From the NCBI RefSeq assembly GCF_006345805.1, contig NC_042998.1, forward strand, positions 140,740,001 to 140,804,000: a stretch of DNA of 64,000 bases, in the 5' to 3' direction. The position numbers and the translations under genes are program-made. This stretch comes from Octopus sinensis (Eukaryota). Shown piece after piece: positions 13,306-26,309 of the stretch; within the stretch, counting starts at the first letter, position 1; every line of letters begins with the position of its first letter. The notes beneath the pieces are model-generated. The model had not been told where the DNA came from. It made no database searches and saw only the letters and a list, made by a program, of their open reading frames with translations.

Positions 13306-14179
13306 CCTTTTTATCCTTTAACCCATTAGCATTTAGACTGGCCATATCAGACCAAAATATTCTACGCTTATTGATCAAACAGAGTTGGCCTCTTGCACCA
13401 ACTCTACAATATTATTCTTAAAATTAAGTTTCTTCATCAAAATTGTGATGTTACAAGATAATGCATGATTAATTTAAACCAATGTGTATAAAAAGCATTA
13501 CTTTTGACGGAAGGGTTAAACACAAGGTAAGAGGTACCATTGATGTGGAAGTTAAGATGTTTACCCCTAAACCAAAGTGGTTTCAGGTCCAGTGTCCTGT
13601 GCAACACACCTAGCTAATGACATCTTTAAATATTAAGCCAAATGAATTCACAACCTATTTCAGGTACTTAATTTATTAAGGAAGAGGATGAGGATAAATA
13701 ACAACATTCACCCTGACAGATTAAGATTCAGAATTGAAGATCAGAGCTTCACTATTCCCCACAAATCTAAACATGCAGGCAAGTAATCTCAATTATTTGT
13801 GAGGTGAAGAGTACAGTTAATCTTTGGCAAGATTTGAACCCAGAAGTTGAAGGGATGGAACTAAACAGCAGAAGGCATTTGCTCATACACACTAACTTTT
13901 ATGATGCTCCCACCTATCCCACCTGCTACACTTTAAAAACATAAACTGTAACAATAACAAATGAATGTCAATAATGATGATCATAAAACAAACAAATCAT
14001 CAAAAGCCATAATTATGATAATATATAATTAAACAAAAGAGGAGGGGAAGTGGTAATGAAATTATGAGATATTGGTGTGGGCAGTAATTACGAATGCTAA
14101 ATAACTTCTAAACATTAACAAGACAGGAACAGACGCACACAAACACACATGCAAATCGACTCACCTATATACATATATG

Positions 14180-14210
<31 letters not shown>

Positions 14211-16594
14211 AAACCTGCACGCACAATCAAAAATATTCTTGCATTATTTATCCGTTCTCATTGTGTACAGCCTTTGTTCTTGTCCAACAGTGTACAAACC
14301 AACAAGTTTGGGAATGAATAAATAAAGAGAATTTTAGATGAACTGTAAACGAGGAAGCTGTCCGCCCCATCCTGCCGCCACCACCTCCCTGCACTTCTAC
14401 TGGTCTGCAACAACAACAACCAGAGTCCATCTATGTGTGGTAGAATGGTTGGTGAAGGAAGAGGAAATTTATCTAATCAAAAATTCCCTTTGAAGGTTTT
14501 AAACAATAAAAGAAGTGGAGGAATGAGTCCTAGAAAGGTAGTAAGTATGATCTGTACACTTAACCATCCTCATCCACCCCTTGTGAACTCGTTCAACACA
14601 GCTTGTCCCACCACCACCACTATCATCATCACCAACACCATCTCCCAACTGGGTTTCTTCCACTACTTTCCAGCAGGTCCATCCCTACATTAGGAAATAA
14701 ACGACAACAACAGCAACGAAAAATGAATGAATGAATAAAATAAAGAAACAGCATTTGAAAAATCTGTCTTGTTTTACTTGTTCTTTCTCACCACTGGCTA
14801 TCACCACCTAATAATACACACCCAGCTACTCAACCACCATCACCAACACCACCACCACCGATCACTGTCCCGCAAAAACAAGGTGTAAAATATGTATAAT
14901 TCTGTTGTAGTCATTTGCTGCTGTTGCAAGCTCTAACAACATTACGTGAAATGTGGCAGGTTTTTGTTTCAGATAAACACACTTTCAACTTCAATATGCG
15001 AGCTTTATGAGTGCCAGAAAAAAAAAAAGTGCTTTGCAGTATTTAGCTACAACCCTTACACTATGGTTCAAATCCACTTGAGGGGGTTGCAATCAAACTC
15101 TCTAGGCTCATCCTAGAGTCTATTTAACTGAACAGTAATCTTATATTAAAAATTAGAAATTATTACTGCTATCATGTATAATCTACCCCCTCTGTTCCTA
15201 TTAATCTGGCACTATTCCTTTACCCTTTCTATTATTCCCTCCCCTAACACACTCGGATAGTCTTTCCTTTAACACCTTTCACAACAATAAACCTGTTCCT
15301 CTCACCATACTTCAACCTTGCGTAAAAATCATAAATAACTTAATTTTCCCCTCTTCATTGTGGCCTCTGTGCTGGGGCCACATACACACACACACACACA
15401 CACACAAAAAAAGGGCATTAAGAAGGGCACTGAACCATAGAAACTCTACCAAAACTGAGACACTGAAGTAAGATGTAGTCCTTGCACCCACTGGATCCTA
15501 TCAAACGAATCAACCCAAACGCCCACCCAGCCATGCCAGCAGGAAAAGCAGGCGTAAAAATGAAGATGATGACGATTAAGGAAGATTTAATGCTTTGTAA
15601 CTTTTTAGTTTCATCCCGCAAGAGACAAAACATTTTTTCTAATACTTAACTATTTTGATAATCCACTGTCCTGATCTATTTATAGGCACAAGGTCTGAAA
15701 TTTTGGGGGAAGGGGACAGTTGATTACTTATCTTATCAAACCTGGAAGGATGAAAAGTAAAGTTGACCGTGGCAGAATTTGAACTCAGAAATTAAAGATG
15801 GATGAAGTGCTGCTAAGCATTTTGCTTGGCATGGTATGATTCTGACAGCTCACCACCTTTTAACAATAATAATAATTAATTCTTTTATTGGCCATAAGAA
15901 CATTAAAAGACATGCAACAACATAAAAGACAAAAACAGGACGATACAATGGGTTTTTGCGTGTATACAATGTAAAAACAAAAAAGTGGAACAAATTAAAC
16001 TCCCAATAGGGGAGCCGCTTTAACCCTTTTGTTACCAACCTGGTTGAAACTGGTCCTGGCTCTGAGTACAAATGTTTTGTTTTCATAAGTTTTGAATTAA
16101 AATTTTCCACCCAACCTTAGTCACACTTTATGATCCTAACACCAGCTGAAAGATGACTAAGTTGTTTTACTACATTGTTTGTTATATTTAAAGTAATTGA
16201 AAGAAACACAGAGCATCTCAAAATAAATACAGTAACGAAAGAGTTAAGGTCCTCGTGGAAAAACCAACAAAAGCCATGGGTGCCTGAACAACAGGGCAAG
16301 AGCCCTTCTCCTTTGATTCTCTTTTTACAGGTTCACACTCAGAATTGCTCCTTTCACACTGGCCATTCTTCCAATATTCACCCACCTTTCAACAAATTTG
16401 CTATGAGGCAACCCTTCCCTCTCCTCCCTCAACTTCCTTTTCAAGTGAAACTTGAAAAAGTTGATGAGGGTTCTGGCCAAAGAGAAAAGTGTCTGTCTTT
16501 AGTCTTTTCAAACGGGTCCACCATACTATCGCTTAGCCACTAGACAAATAAAAATTGCCTACCCCTCTCAATCAAAGGATTGTGGCAGGGCAAT

Positions 16595-17735
16595 CAATAA
16601 TAATCCTTTCTACTACAGGCACAAAGCCTGAAATTTGGGGGAAGGAGGATTGTTGATTACATCAAGCCCAGTGCATAAATGGTATTTATTTAATTGACTC
16701 TGAAAGGATGAAAGGCAAAGTCAATCTTGGCAGAATTTGAACTCAGAATGTAGCAACGAACGAAATACTAAGCATTTTGCTCGTTAAGCATTCTGCCAGC
16801 TTGCCACCTTTTAACAATAATAATACTCCTTTCTACTATAGGCACAAGGCCTGAAATTTGAGGGAAAGAGGATAGTCGATTACATAAGTCCCCAGTGCAT
16901 AACTGGTACTTATTTAATTGACCCCGAGAGGATGAAAGGCTGATCTTGGTGGAATTTGAACTCAGAATGTAGCAATGGGTGAAATGCCGCTAAGCATTTT
17001 GCCCAGCGTGCTAACAGTTCTGCTAGCTTGCTACAATTGGCACAATGCATGAAATTTTGTGAGGGGAGGGAGAGCAAATTTCAACAATGTCAGTGTTTGA
17101 CTGGTCCCAAAAAGATGAAAGGCAAAGTTGATGTTGACTCACAACATAGAATGGGGTAAAAAAATAATAATAAAAAAAAGCTAAGCATTTTGTCCAATGT
17201 GTTAACAATTCTGCCAGCTCATAGTGTTTCATCATAATAACAATAATGGTTTCTAATTTTGGCACAAGGCCAGCAAATGTAGAGTAAGGGGGTAAGTTGA
17301 TGTCATTGAACACAGTGCTTGACTGGTACTTATTTTATCAAGCTTGAAAGGATGAAAGGCAAAGTCAACTTTGATGGCATTTGCACTCAGAACAAAGTCA
17401 GAAGAAATATCATTAAGCATTTTGTCCGGTACTGTAAAAATCCTGCCAGTTTGTGACCTTAATAATGATAATAATAATAATAATAATAATAATAATAGTT
17501 GTTTCAAATTTTGGCACAAGGTCAGTGATTTTAATGGAAGGGAGTCATATTGATTGCATTGACTCCAGTACTTGACTACTTTACTTTATCGACTTCAAAA
17601 GGATGAAAGGCAAAGTTGACCTTGGCGGGATTTGAACTCATAAAGAATCAAAAGAAATGCCGCTAAGCATTTTGCCCGACATGCTAACGATTCTGCCAGC
17701 TCACTGCTTTCCAAATAAATAATAACAATAAAAAG
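16595..17735 (-). mobile_element. Tandem array of 5 family-A SINEs (additional copy at 15665-15855)
   Basis: Repeated ggcacaagg...gatgaaaggcaaagt...gaatttgaactcagaa...taagcatttt...ctgccagct units separated by (AAT)n. Confidence 0.85.
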
Positions 17736-19386
17736 TAACAACGTTTCTTTTTAAATGAAAGGCTGGAATACAACTGGATAGAAAATGCTAAAGAAATCAG
17801 CAGGCGTTGCCGATGAGAGGCAATGTTACTTCCAAAGCAAAGAAGGTATTGGAGCATGTGAAAATAGTGCAGTGAAATAATTTGAACCTATACAGCATAC
17901 TGAATGTTTCCGCATGGACTTGCACACATTCATTCAACAACAATTCATTCACTTGCACATTACTACACAGAACAACTGCTGAAAAGTAGTAATAGCTGCA
18001 TGTTGCAGTGGCAACTGCAGCAGCTGACATAGAGTGTTGGTGGGCGGGACAGGAGGGCACAGATGGCCGATATGCTAATTACAGACTAATTTAAGGCATG
18101 ATAATGACAGAAAAATGGCCGATGTAATGGGATAATAATTATTATAAACATGCGTGTATTGCTGTTACACAGATTCAAATAAAAACAAACATATGTAACT
18201 GGGATTGCAGACAAACTGTCAGGCTTAAAGAACAAAGGAAGCAGGTATCATCATCTCAGAAGAACCGTTCTTGTGAGTTAGATTATCCAGAAAAAACCCA
18301 GTTCAGAGGGCACACCCCAACATCTTATCACCATATTTCAACAGTTTCACATTTTGATTTTCTTATACTAGAACAACCATGTGTATGTAGAGCCATAGCA
18401 CAAGATTTTTAGTAAACAAAATGACACCTTATCCACTCAGTTACTGCACATTCTAATTAGATTAACTTAGTAATCATAGCAAAGCAATCTTGTCTGATAT
18501 CAGTAGAATATACTAGTGCAAAAGTTTGATTTCTTAATTATTTTCTATTGTTTAGTACAAGGAGACTAATTTACATGTCATTCATCATCATTATTATTAT
18601 CATCATTTTATTTCAGTCTTCAATGTTGGCACGGGTTGAGTGGTTTGAAAGGATCCGAAAATTCAGAGGACTGCAGTGAGCTCCAATGTCTGCTGACATG
18701 ATTACATAACATAATGATCTTCCTAATACCAGCCTCTTTGGGTGCTTTTTTCATGGCACTGGTACTAGTGAAGTCACCAAGTAACTTACAAGACAAAAAA
18801 AGACTCTTGACTGAGTGGGTCAAAACTAGATATATCAGGTATGTGCCTTTATTTGTTATATCCAATGACTCTTTCAGTTATTTCCATCTGCTTAAAAACG
18901 AAACAAGATGAAACTGGTCTACATCCTAGACTTATAGAGCTGACATAACCTTGGATAACTCCTTGTTATTCTCCAAAATGTTTTTTTAATCAAATGATCT
19001 AACTCTTAAATTATGAATAAAAGTGATGAAACTTCAGCTATCTGTCAGTGTTACTGACTGCTAGTCATTCTGAGTCCCACATAGAGAACCAAATGTAACA
19101 ACAGTGTAGATAATGAGAGGAAAAGAGGCAAGTCAGGTAGGCTAGGTGAAGGTGGCACATGACTAGCCAGCTTCAAGAAACAAAAGCCACAATAATGGTG
19201 GTGATGGCAGTTGTAGCAGCAGCAGCAGAAGTGAAAAAGGAGCCTAAACAAGGAGATGGCACAAGGTGTGGCTGTATGATTAAAAAGCTTGCTTCCTAAC
19301 CATGTGATCTTGGGTTCAATCACACTGTGGCATCCAAGGTAACTAAAGCCTTGTAAACAGATTTTGTAAATAGCAACTGGAAGCCC

Positions 19387-19457
<71 letters not shown>

Positions 19458-20849
19458 TGCTCTCATGTTCAGTTATAATAAAAATAATTTTACAATAATC
19501 TGATGGGTTAATCTATACTTTTGTAGAGTAAAAATTTATTATTTTTATACAAGAATGTTTTTGACAGTTATTTTGAAGTTTTGGCCAGCTAAGTCATCAT
19601 CAGACTATATATAAGAATGTGTGTGTGTGTGTGTGTGTAAATGAGCACCACTGTCATACAAGCGATGCTGTTTGTTCTTGGTCTGACCCATGCAAGCATG
19701 GAAAAGTGAATGCTAAATAATGATGGCAGTGATGATGACTTCTGTTGTTGAAGACGGCAACATTGATAGATTTTTCAAAGTCTCTATGTGGATAACAAAG
19801 GTTTGTTGTGAGGTATCTAGGCTGCATGCAAGGAATGATCAGGCACAGAAAGTTAAGAGCAAATGATGATCTCATCAGAATAGGAGGTGGCATTGTTGAA
19901 GATAATGGCAAGTAGGTTGCTGATGTACAGAAGGAATGCAATGGAGCACACCAGAGCTATTTGAGTTTAAAAAATCATAGGGAGCTCTATCAGAAAATGT
20001 GATAGAAGCTTCTAATCTAAGAGACAAGAGATGGACAAATCCAATATACCTTGATACAATCACTTTCACTGTTTGTACTTTTCAAACAGTTGTTACATAC
20101 TCCCACAAAAGGAATGCACCAGGCACCTATATTTAAAAAAATTCATTGTCTGCGTGCGTGTGGGGGTAGTGGTTTATGGTATACATAATATATACAGTTT
20201 CTGTTTGCACACTAAGGTCACTGGATATGTACAAACAACAAATTAAGAACTGTCAAGTGAAACAAAATTGATGCAAGTTTGTTGTCAACATATTTTGTCA
20301 GTTCTAAGCTGCCAAATTCCAAATTATCTTCATAGATTTTATAGCAACTTGACTGAATATTATACAGAGCTAAGCACTCAAAAAGGAGCAGGTGGGGAAG
20401 GGCTGTATGATAAGAAGTTTGCTTCCCAACCACATGGTTTCAAGTTCAGTCCCATTGCATGGAACCTTGGGCAAGTGTCTCCTGTAACCCTAGGACAACT
20501 GAAGCCTTGTGAGTGGATTTGGTAGACAGAAACTAAAAGAAGTTTATGTATGTATGTATATATACACACACACACACGTGTGTGTGTGTGCACGTGTTAG
20601 TAGTAAATGAACATCGTGTCCTTTGTTCCCTATCTGCCAAGACATGCATGACTGGTCATGGGACAATATTACCTTGCTTGAAAACTTGTAAGAATTGGTG
20701 ACAGGAAAGCATCTGGCCAAAAGAAAAGTCTGCCTCAACAAACCTCATCCAACCCATGCAAGTGTGGAAAAGTGCGTGTTAAAAATGATAAAAGGACTTA
20801 GCACAGAGAAACCACAAATGATAGTGAGAAAAGTCAAAGCAATACTTAC

Positions 20850-20996
20850 AGACTGCTATCGGTCATTGATACAGTATCATCATTAGTTGCTTCACTGGAT
20901 AGACTGTGCAGCTCACTGTCCTGGGCAGACACAGGAGCATAGGAAATATGCTGTGGGTAATTGGTTGATTGGTTCCTATCAACATAATTGCCATAG
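20850..20996 (-). CDS. Axin: Axin, second coding exon (147 nt, phase 2 to phase 2): (G)YGNYVDRNQSTNYPQHISYAPVSAQDSELHSLSSEATNDDTVSMTDSS(L)
   Basis: Matches the vertebrate Axin segment [31 protein letters not shown] (recalled). Acceptor ttttgtttttAG at 20998-20997 and donor CT|GTAAGT at 20849. The frame fits the upstream exon exactly (GG+C = Gly). Confidence 0.95.
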
Positions 20997-21203
20997 CTAA
21001 AAACAAAACAAAATGAAAATATTAATAATAATGATGATGATTTCAAATTTTGGCACAAGGCCAGCAATTTTACAGGGAGTGGGTAAGTTGATTATATTCA
21101 CCCCAGTACTTATTTTATCAACCATGAAAGGGATGAAAGGCAAAGCTGACCTCGACGGAATTTGAACTTAGAACATGACAGATATTGCAAAAATCTGAAA
21201 GTA

Positions 21204-21368
21204 CCGTATTTTAACATGTATAAGGAACTCCCTGTTTTTTGGGGGCTTAAAATTTGGAAAAAAAATTTTGTAAGGGATTATAATACTATCCATGTATAAG
21301 AAACTCCTATATTTTTTTAAAACTTAATTTCTGACAAAGAAGGGTTCCTTATACATGTTAAAATACGG
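21204..21368. mobile_element. 165-bp Tc1/mariner-superfamily (Tc2/pogo-like) MITE
   Basis: Perfect 25-bp TIRs CCGTATTTTAACATGTATAAGGAAC; TA target duplications at 21202-21203 and 21369-21370; internal sub-terminal repeat catgtataagaaactcc. Confidence 0.9.
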
Positions 21369-21473
21369 TAATCCTTTGGCATACATACTAATGTGAAATA
21401 TAATGCTTATTTATTTACGCTGTTTTGAATTAATCATGCATTACCTCTCATTTCTACTATCATACTCCGCTTA

Positions 21474-21689
21474 CAAGGGGGTACTGAAAAGTTCCCGGCT
21501 TTGGGTAAAAGGAAATATAGAGGGATCAGTTAATTATGATTTTATTGCACATATTCTCCTCTCAGATTCACACACTTATTGCAGTGATCCTTCAGTTTTC
21601 TATGCCCTGTAAAAGAACTCAGAAGGTTGGGTTTCCAAACAGGACTTTCCTGATACCCTTAAAGCCAGGAACTTTTCAGCACCCTCTCA
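21474..21689. mobile_element. 216-bp mariner-type MITE
   Basis: 29-bp TIRs with 24/29 identity (..GGGGT(A/G)CTGAAAAGTTCC(C/T)GGCTTT); TA flanks at 21472-21473 and 21690-21691. Confidence 0.85.
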
Positions 21690-22499
21690 TACATAGCCCC
21701 CTTATGTACTCCAATATCACCCATTCCATAGTTCCAGCACCTTGCACATCATTCTGCTACTTTCTTGTATATTCTCTTCCAAGAACTACTTCTATATCTC
21801 TCATCTTACACCTCTACATGAAAGCACCTAACTCTCCCCACCTCATAACCCACTATCTGTATCCTCTTTTATGCTCACCTTCTTGTACCTTGAGAGTTTG
21901 TCCTAGCAGTCCATCACTACTTTATCTCCTTAATTACTCCCACTCATCTCTACATATACTGACGGAGTGGCTATGTATCTCCTTTACAGCAAGACACCTG
22001 TGCTTGTCCCTCTATCTTTACTTTAGCTTTTCAACATTAACCATAAAGCCCCCTTCCCCTCTGAAATACTCTTAAGTTAGTAGTGAGAGCTTTTCCCTTT
22101 TCTTCTCCCTGGCAACCTCACCAGTGCTGTTGGAATGAGAGAGAGAGAGAAAAAAAAGACAGTACACTCTGTAAAGTGGTTGGTATTAAGAAGGGCATCC
22201 AACCATAGGAACCCTGCCAAGGCTGACATTGGAGCCCAACACAGCCTCATGGCTTGCCAAATTCTGTCAAACTGTCCAACCCATGCCAGAATGGAAAGTG
22301 GATGTGAAATGATGATGATGATGAAAATGACTATATTGAAAATATTCCAGTTTCACTTTCGCTCAATCACTATTGTATTTCATATACTTTCTGTAGTTAT
22401 TTGATCTTTTTTAACTATGTCTACTTAAAGCCCACTTATCCCTAATGTCTATAGCCTTTAAATAAACCACTTCTAATAACCTGCTGTCACTTAAATCAG

Positions 22500-23050
22500 C
22501 CTAGCACGAGAGAAAGAGGGAGAGTCTGACACAAACGGACGTGCACTATCTTGTAGTTTACGAAGCACTAACAATGATGTAGAATTTCAATCTCACCATC
22601 GTAGATGTAGAAATAACGTAATTATTCGTAAGCTGTACTATTTTATATTTGATTTTAATTGAAAAAAAAAACAACTTAAAGACTGGGAAAAGTTGATATC
22701 AAGTTTGACTATGAAAGGGGGAAAAAAATTTCGTGTCAAGATTTAACACTCAATTAGAGATGAAGCATACTCAAGTAAATACAGCACTTGCATGCATTTG
22801 CTGTTATTTTCACAGACCCCCTTCCTTCGCCCAAATCCCAAAATATTTGGAGAGAAAAAGGTAAGTATAAAATATAAATTGGAGAATATGTTTCGCCCTT
22901 AAAACAGAAACAAGAAGACATTTTAAAGATGGCAGCTTTTATCAATTTCCTTTTCAGAAGCAACAACAACAAAAATGACTAGCAATAATAAGAGCTGTTT
23001 ATTGATTATTACACAGTAAAATATTAGTACAAATTAGATCAAAGGCTTGA
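22500..23050. promoter_or_regulatory. Small CpG-retaining island with divergent splice donors
   Basis: 10 CpGs in 22500-22920 versus about 2 in the preceding 800 bp. Minus-strand ATG|GTGAGA at 22596, plus-strand AAG|GTAAGT at 22861, AGATCAAAGG at 23036-23045. Confidence 0.35.
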
Positions 23051-23399
23051 CAGACTGAAGAGAAAAAAGAATAAAGCTTTAGTATTTCAAAAGAATAGCC
23101 AACACTTTTATTAAGTGGATAAAATCGTTCAACAACCTTTTAAGTTATCTTTAAAAAAAAAAATGTAACAGATGTGATTTGAAAGCCTGATCCAAGGTTT
23201 ATCATATATTATATTTTTATTGTAATGGTACAAAGACTAAAAAGAAAAAAAGCAACAATGATTTCCTGCAATGGATTGATTGACGATATTGTTTGGTATT
23301 TATCAAATCAATCTGGCTTGATCTGAGTCTGAAACAGAGATGGACAGACTTAAACACCAGCAGGACATCAGTCCAATGTTCTGCTTCTTTACTCAAATA

Positions 23400-24780
23400 A
23401 TAGAATTGTTTCTAACACAAGCCATAAAGTCAAACATTTCAGTGTATGGAGTTAATCAATATCATTGACACTCCTGCCTCCAGTAGTTGACAGGTATGTT
23501 ATTTTATTGACCATGAAAAGATGAAAGGCAAAGTTGACCTCATCAGAATTTTAACTTGGGATGTTAGATTGATGAAATACTGCCGAGCCTTTTCCCCTGA
23601 TGCGCTAACGCTTCTGCTAGAGTACTTTAATAATAATAATAATCCTTTCTACTAAAGGCACAAGGCATGAAATTTGGGAGGAGGGGACTTAGTTGATTAT
23701 ATCGACCAAGTATGCAACTGGTATTTATTTCACTGACCCCCAAAAGGATGAAAGGCAAAGTCAACTGAGATGGAATTTGAACTCAAGAACTTAAGGATGG
23801 ACGAAATGTTACAAAGCATTTTGCCCAGCATGCTAACTATTCTGCCAGCTCACCTTAATAATAATAATAATAATGGTTTCAAATTTTGGCACAAGGGCTG
23901 CAATTTTGGGGGAGGAGGTAGGTCAATTACATTGACCTGGTATTAAACTGGTACTTATTTTATTGACCCCAAAAAGATGACAGGCAAAGTTGACCTCGGC
24001 AAAATTTGAATTTAGAACATAAAGAAAGATGAAACGCCACTAAGCATTTTGCCCAGTGTGATAATGATTCTGCTGCCTCACCTTAATAATAATAATTATT
24101 ATTATTTCTTATTTAAGCACAAGGTCAACAATTTTAATGAGGGGTGGGGGGTCAGTTGAGTGGTAAATACTCTTTTGATCCACAAAGGATGAAAGGCAGG
24201 GTTGACTTCATGGTATTTGAACTTGAAAAATGAAGATGCAGAAGAAATGCTGTTAAACAGTTGTCCAATGTGCTGATGATTGTCAGTTCACTACCACAAA
24301 TAATAATTAATGGTTTGTAATGTAGATATAGTGGAGGCACATGGCCTAGTGGTTAGAGCAGCAGACTTGTGGTTGAGGGATTGCGGGTTCGAATCTAAGA
24401 CCAGGTGATGCGAGTGTGTTTATGAGCAAAACACCTAAGCTCCACGCGGCTCTAGCAGAAGGTAATGGTGAACTTCTGCCGACTCTTTTGCAGCAATTTT
24501 CCCTCACTCTTTCTGCCTACATCTAGCAGCTCACCTGCAATGGCATCCCGTCCAGGTGGGGAACCTATACACCAATGAAACCAGCCCTTGTGAGCCAGGC
24601 ATGGCTTGAAAAGGAACAAACAAACAAATGTAGGTACAAGGCTATCAATTCAGGTGAAGAAAGTGGGGCTTGTCAATTACATCTAGTAGTTAACTGGTAC
24701 TTTATTTTATTGACCCTGAAAAGATGAAAGGTAATGAGGACATCAGCTTTATTTGAATTCCGAATGTAAAGCCAGAAAAT
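23400..24780 (-). mobile_element. Tandem array of about 5 family-A SINEs, interrupted by a plus-strand tRNA-head SINE at about 24332-24625
   Basis: Same unit as above with (AAT)n spacers. A partial single copy also lies at 21040-21180. Confidence 0.85.
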
Positions 24781-26309
24781 AACGACAGCAGCAAAAATTG
24801 CAATAAAATATTTTACCATTAGTCTCAAGTTTTTTAGACTTTAGCACCTTAAATAGAACAGTTCCAAACATCACAGATATATTCAGTTATATTTGTTTAA
24901 TAATTTATCAGCAATGTAGCAAAACTATTTTTCTCACTCCACTCAAAGTTAATTTTTTTGGGGAAAAAATAAAAACACGATAATACTGATCTTTTGTATT
25001 CTTAGCCATGACTCTAGAACACAATTTAGAATATCAATTATTTCAGTTAAATAAAAGTTAGATATAATCATCATCATCAACACCTTGGTTCACATCCATA
25101 TCTGCATAAAATGGTTTGATCAACTTCCCTTTAAGCTAATTTTAGGACAAAAAGTGAGCTGACCGTCTTAGAAGCTCTACATGGAAAGCTTAATTTTACA
25201 GTGGAAAACTAAAATATTCAAATTTTCCGAAGTACCAGAGTTATAATTCATTAATAGGAGTAAAAGAATGATATCCATCAATAAGTATGTTTAAGCCCCC
25301 TCTTGCACAACTGAATTAGATACCATGTTTTCATCATCATCACCATTGTCCTATTCCTCCTCATCATATTAAACGTCCAGGTTTTATGCTGGCATGGGTT
25401 GCAGAGTTTGACAGGATCAAATAAGTCCAACAACTGCATCATACTTTAGGGTCTGTTTTGGAATGGCTTCCCTCCTTAATGCCAACCACATTACAATGTG
25501 TATTGGGTGCATTTTTTTTTTTATTCCACTGGTACTAGAGAGGCCATCATGCAGCTTGCAAGACTACGAATCCCAAGGGAAGGGTTGGTCTTATGATAGG
25601 GGATGATGGATTAAAAGTATGAAAGAGTGGAGGGGACGAAGCAGCTTCTAATTGAAGAGCAGAGGTGGCTACCTATATTTACTAAAAAAAGGGAGAGAAT
25701 GAGTCATTAGGAGCTGCAAAGAAATACATAGTAGAGATGAGATTTTCAGGTGCCCCTCCCCTCAAGGTTTGAGGTGAATACAAGTGGATGGAGGGGTGGT
25801 TACATCTTGTAATAAAAATGATAATGCTATAATGAATTCAAAGAAAAAAACTTTTTTTCAAAAGGGTTAGCAAATTCTTTGATTTTCTGGAACAGATAAT
25901 ATACACACTATTTTTTTGTTCTTTTACCTGTTTCAGTAATTGAACTGCGGCCATGCTTATTCTTTGTAAGCAAGTCTAGTACTTATTCTATGGGTCTCTT
26001 TTGCCGAACTGCTATGTTACAGGGGGTGGTGGTACAAACACACCAACACTGGTCGTCAAGCGATGGTGGTGGTGGTGAACAAATACAAACACACACACAC
26101 ACATATATACTTGACAGGCATCTTTCAGTTTCCTACTACTAAATCTACTCATAAGGCTTTGGTGCCTGCTGTCTTCTAAAACCATGTGGCTAGGGAGCAA
26201 ACTTCCCAATCACACAGCCACACCAGTGTCTATGTCAAAAACAAATCAAAACAACTTTAAAGACAAAACATACTTGTTAAAGCTGTTTCAAAATCTCCTT
26301 TACATTTTC

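Larger units (their letters stand above)
1..20849 (-). other. Axin: Axin intron following the 147-nt exon (at least 20.8 kb, probably continues beyond the window)
   Basis: Starts with GTAAGT at 20849. A manual scan for the expected next exon (phase 2, DG.. start, GSK3-binding region) found no match in 1-20849. A short exon could have been missed. Confidence 0.65.

Noticed and set aside
16331-16550. Strong plus-strand acceptor (ctctttttacAG) as part of an antisense transcript linking 2944 and 22816
   Set aside because: No good donor follows and nothing in the sequence links the sites.
17995-18021. Hairpin as a possible intronic pre-miRNA
   Set aside because: The stem is only 11 bp and does not extend; I recognised no conserved miRNA sequence anywhere in the window.
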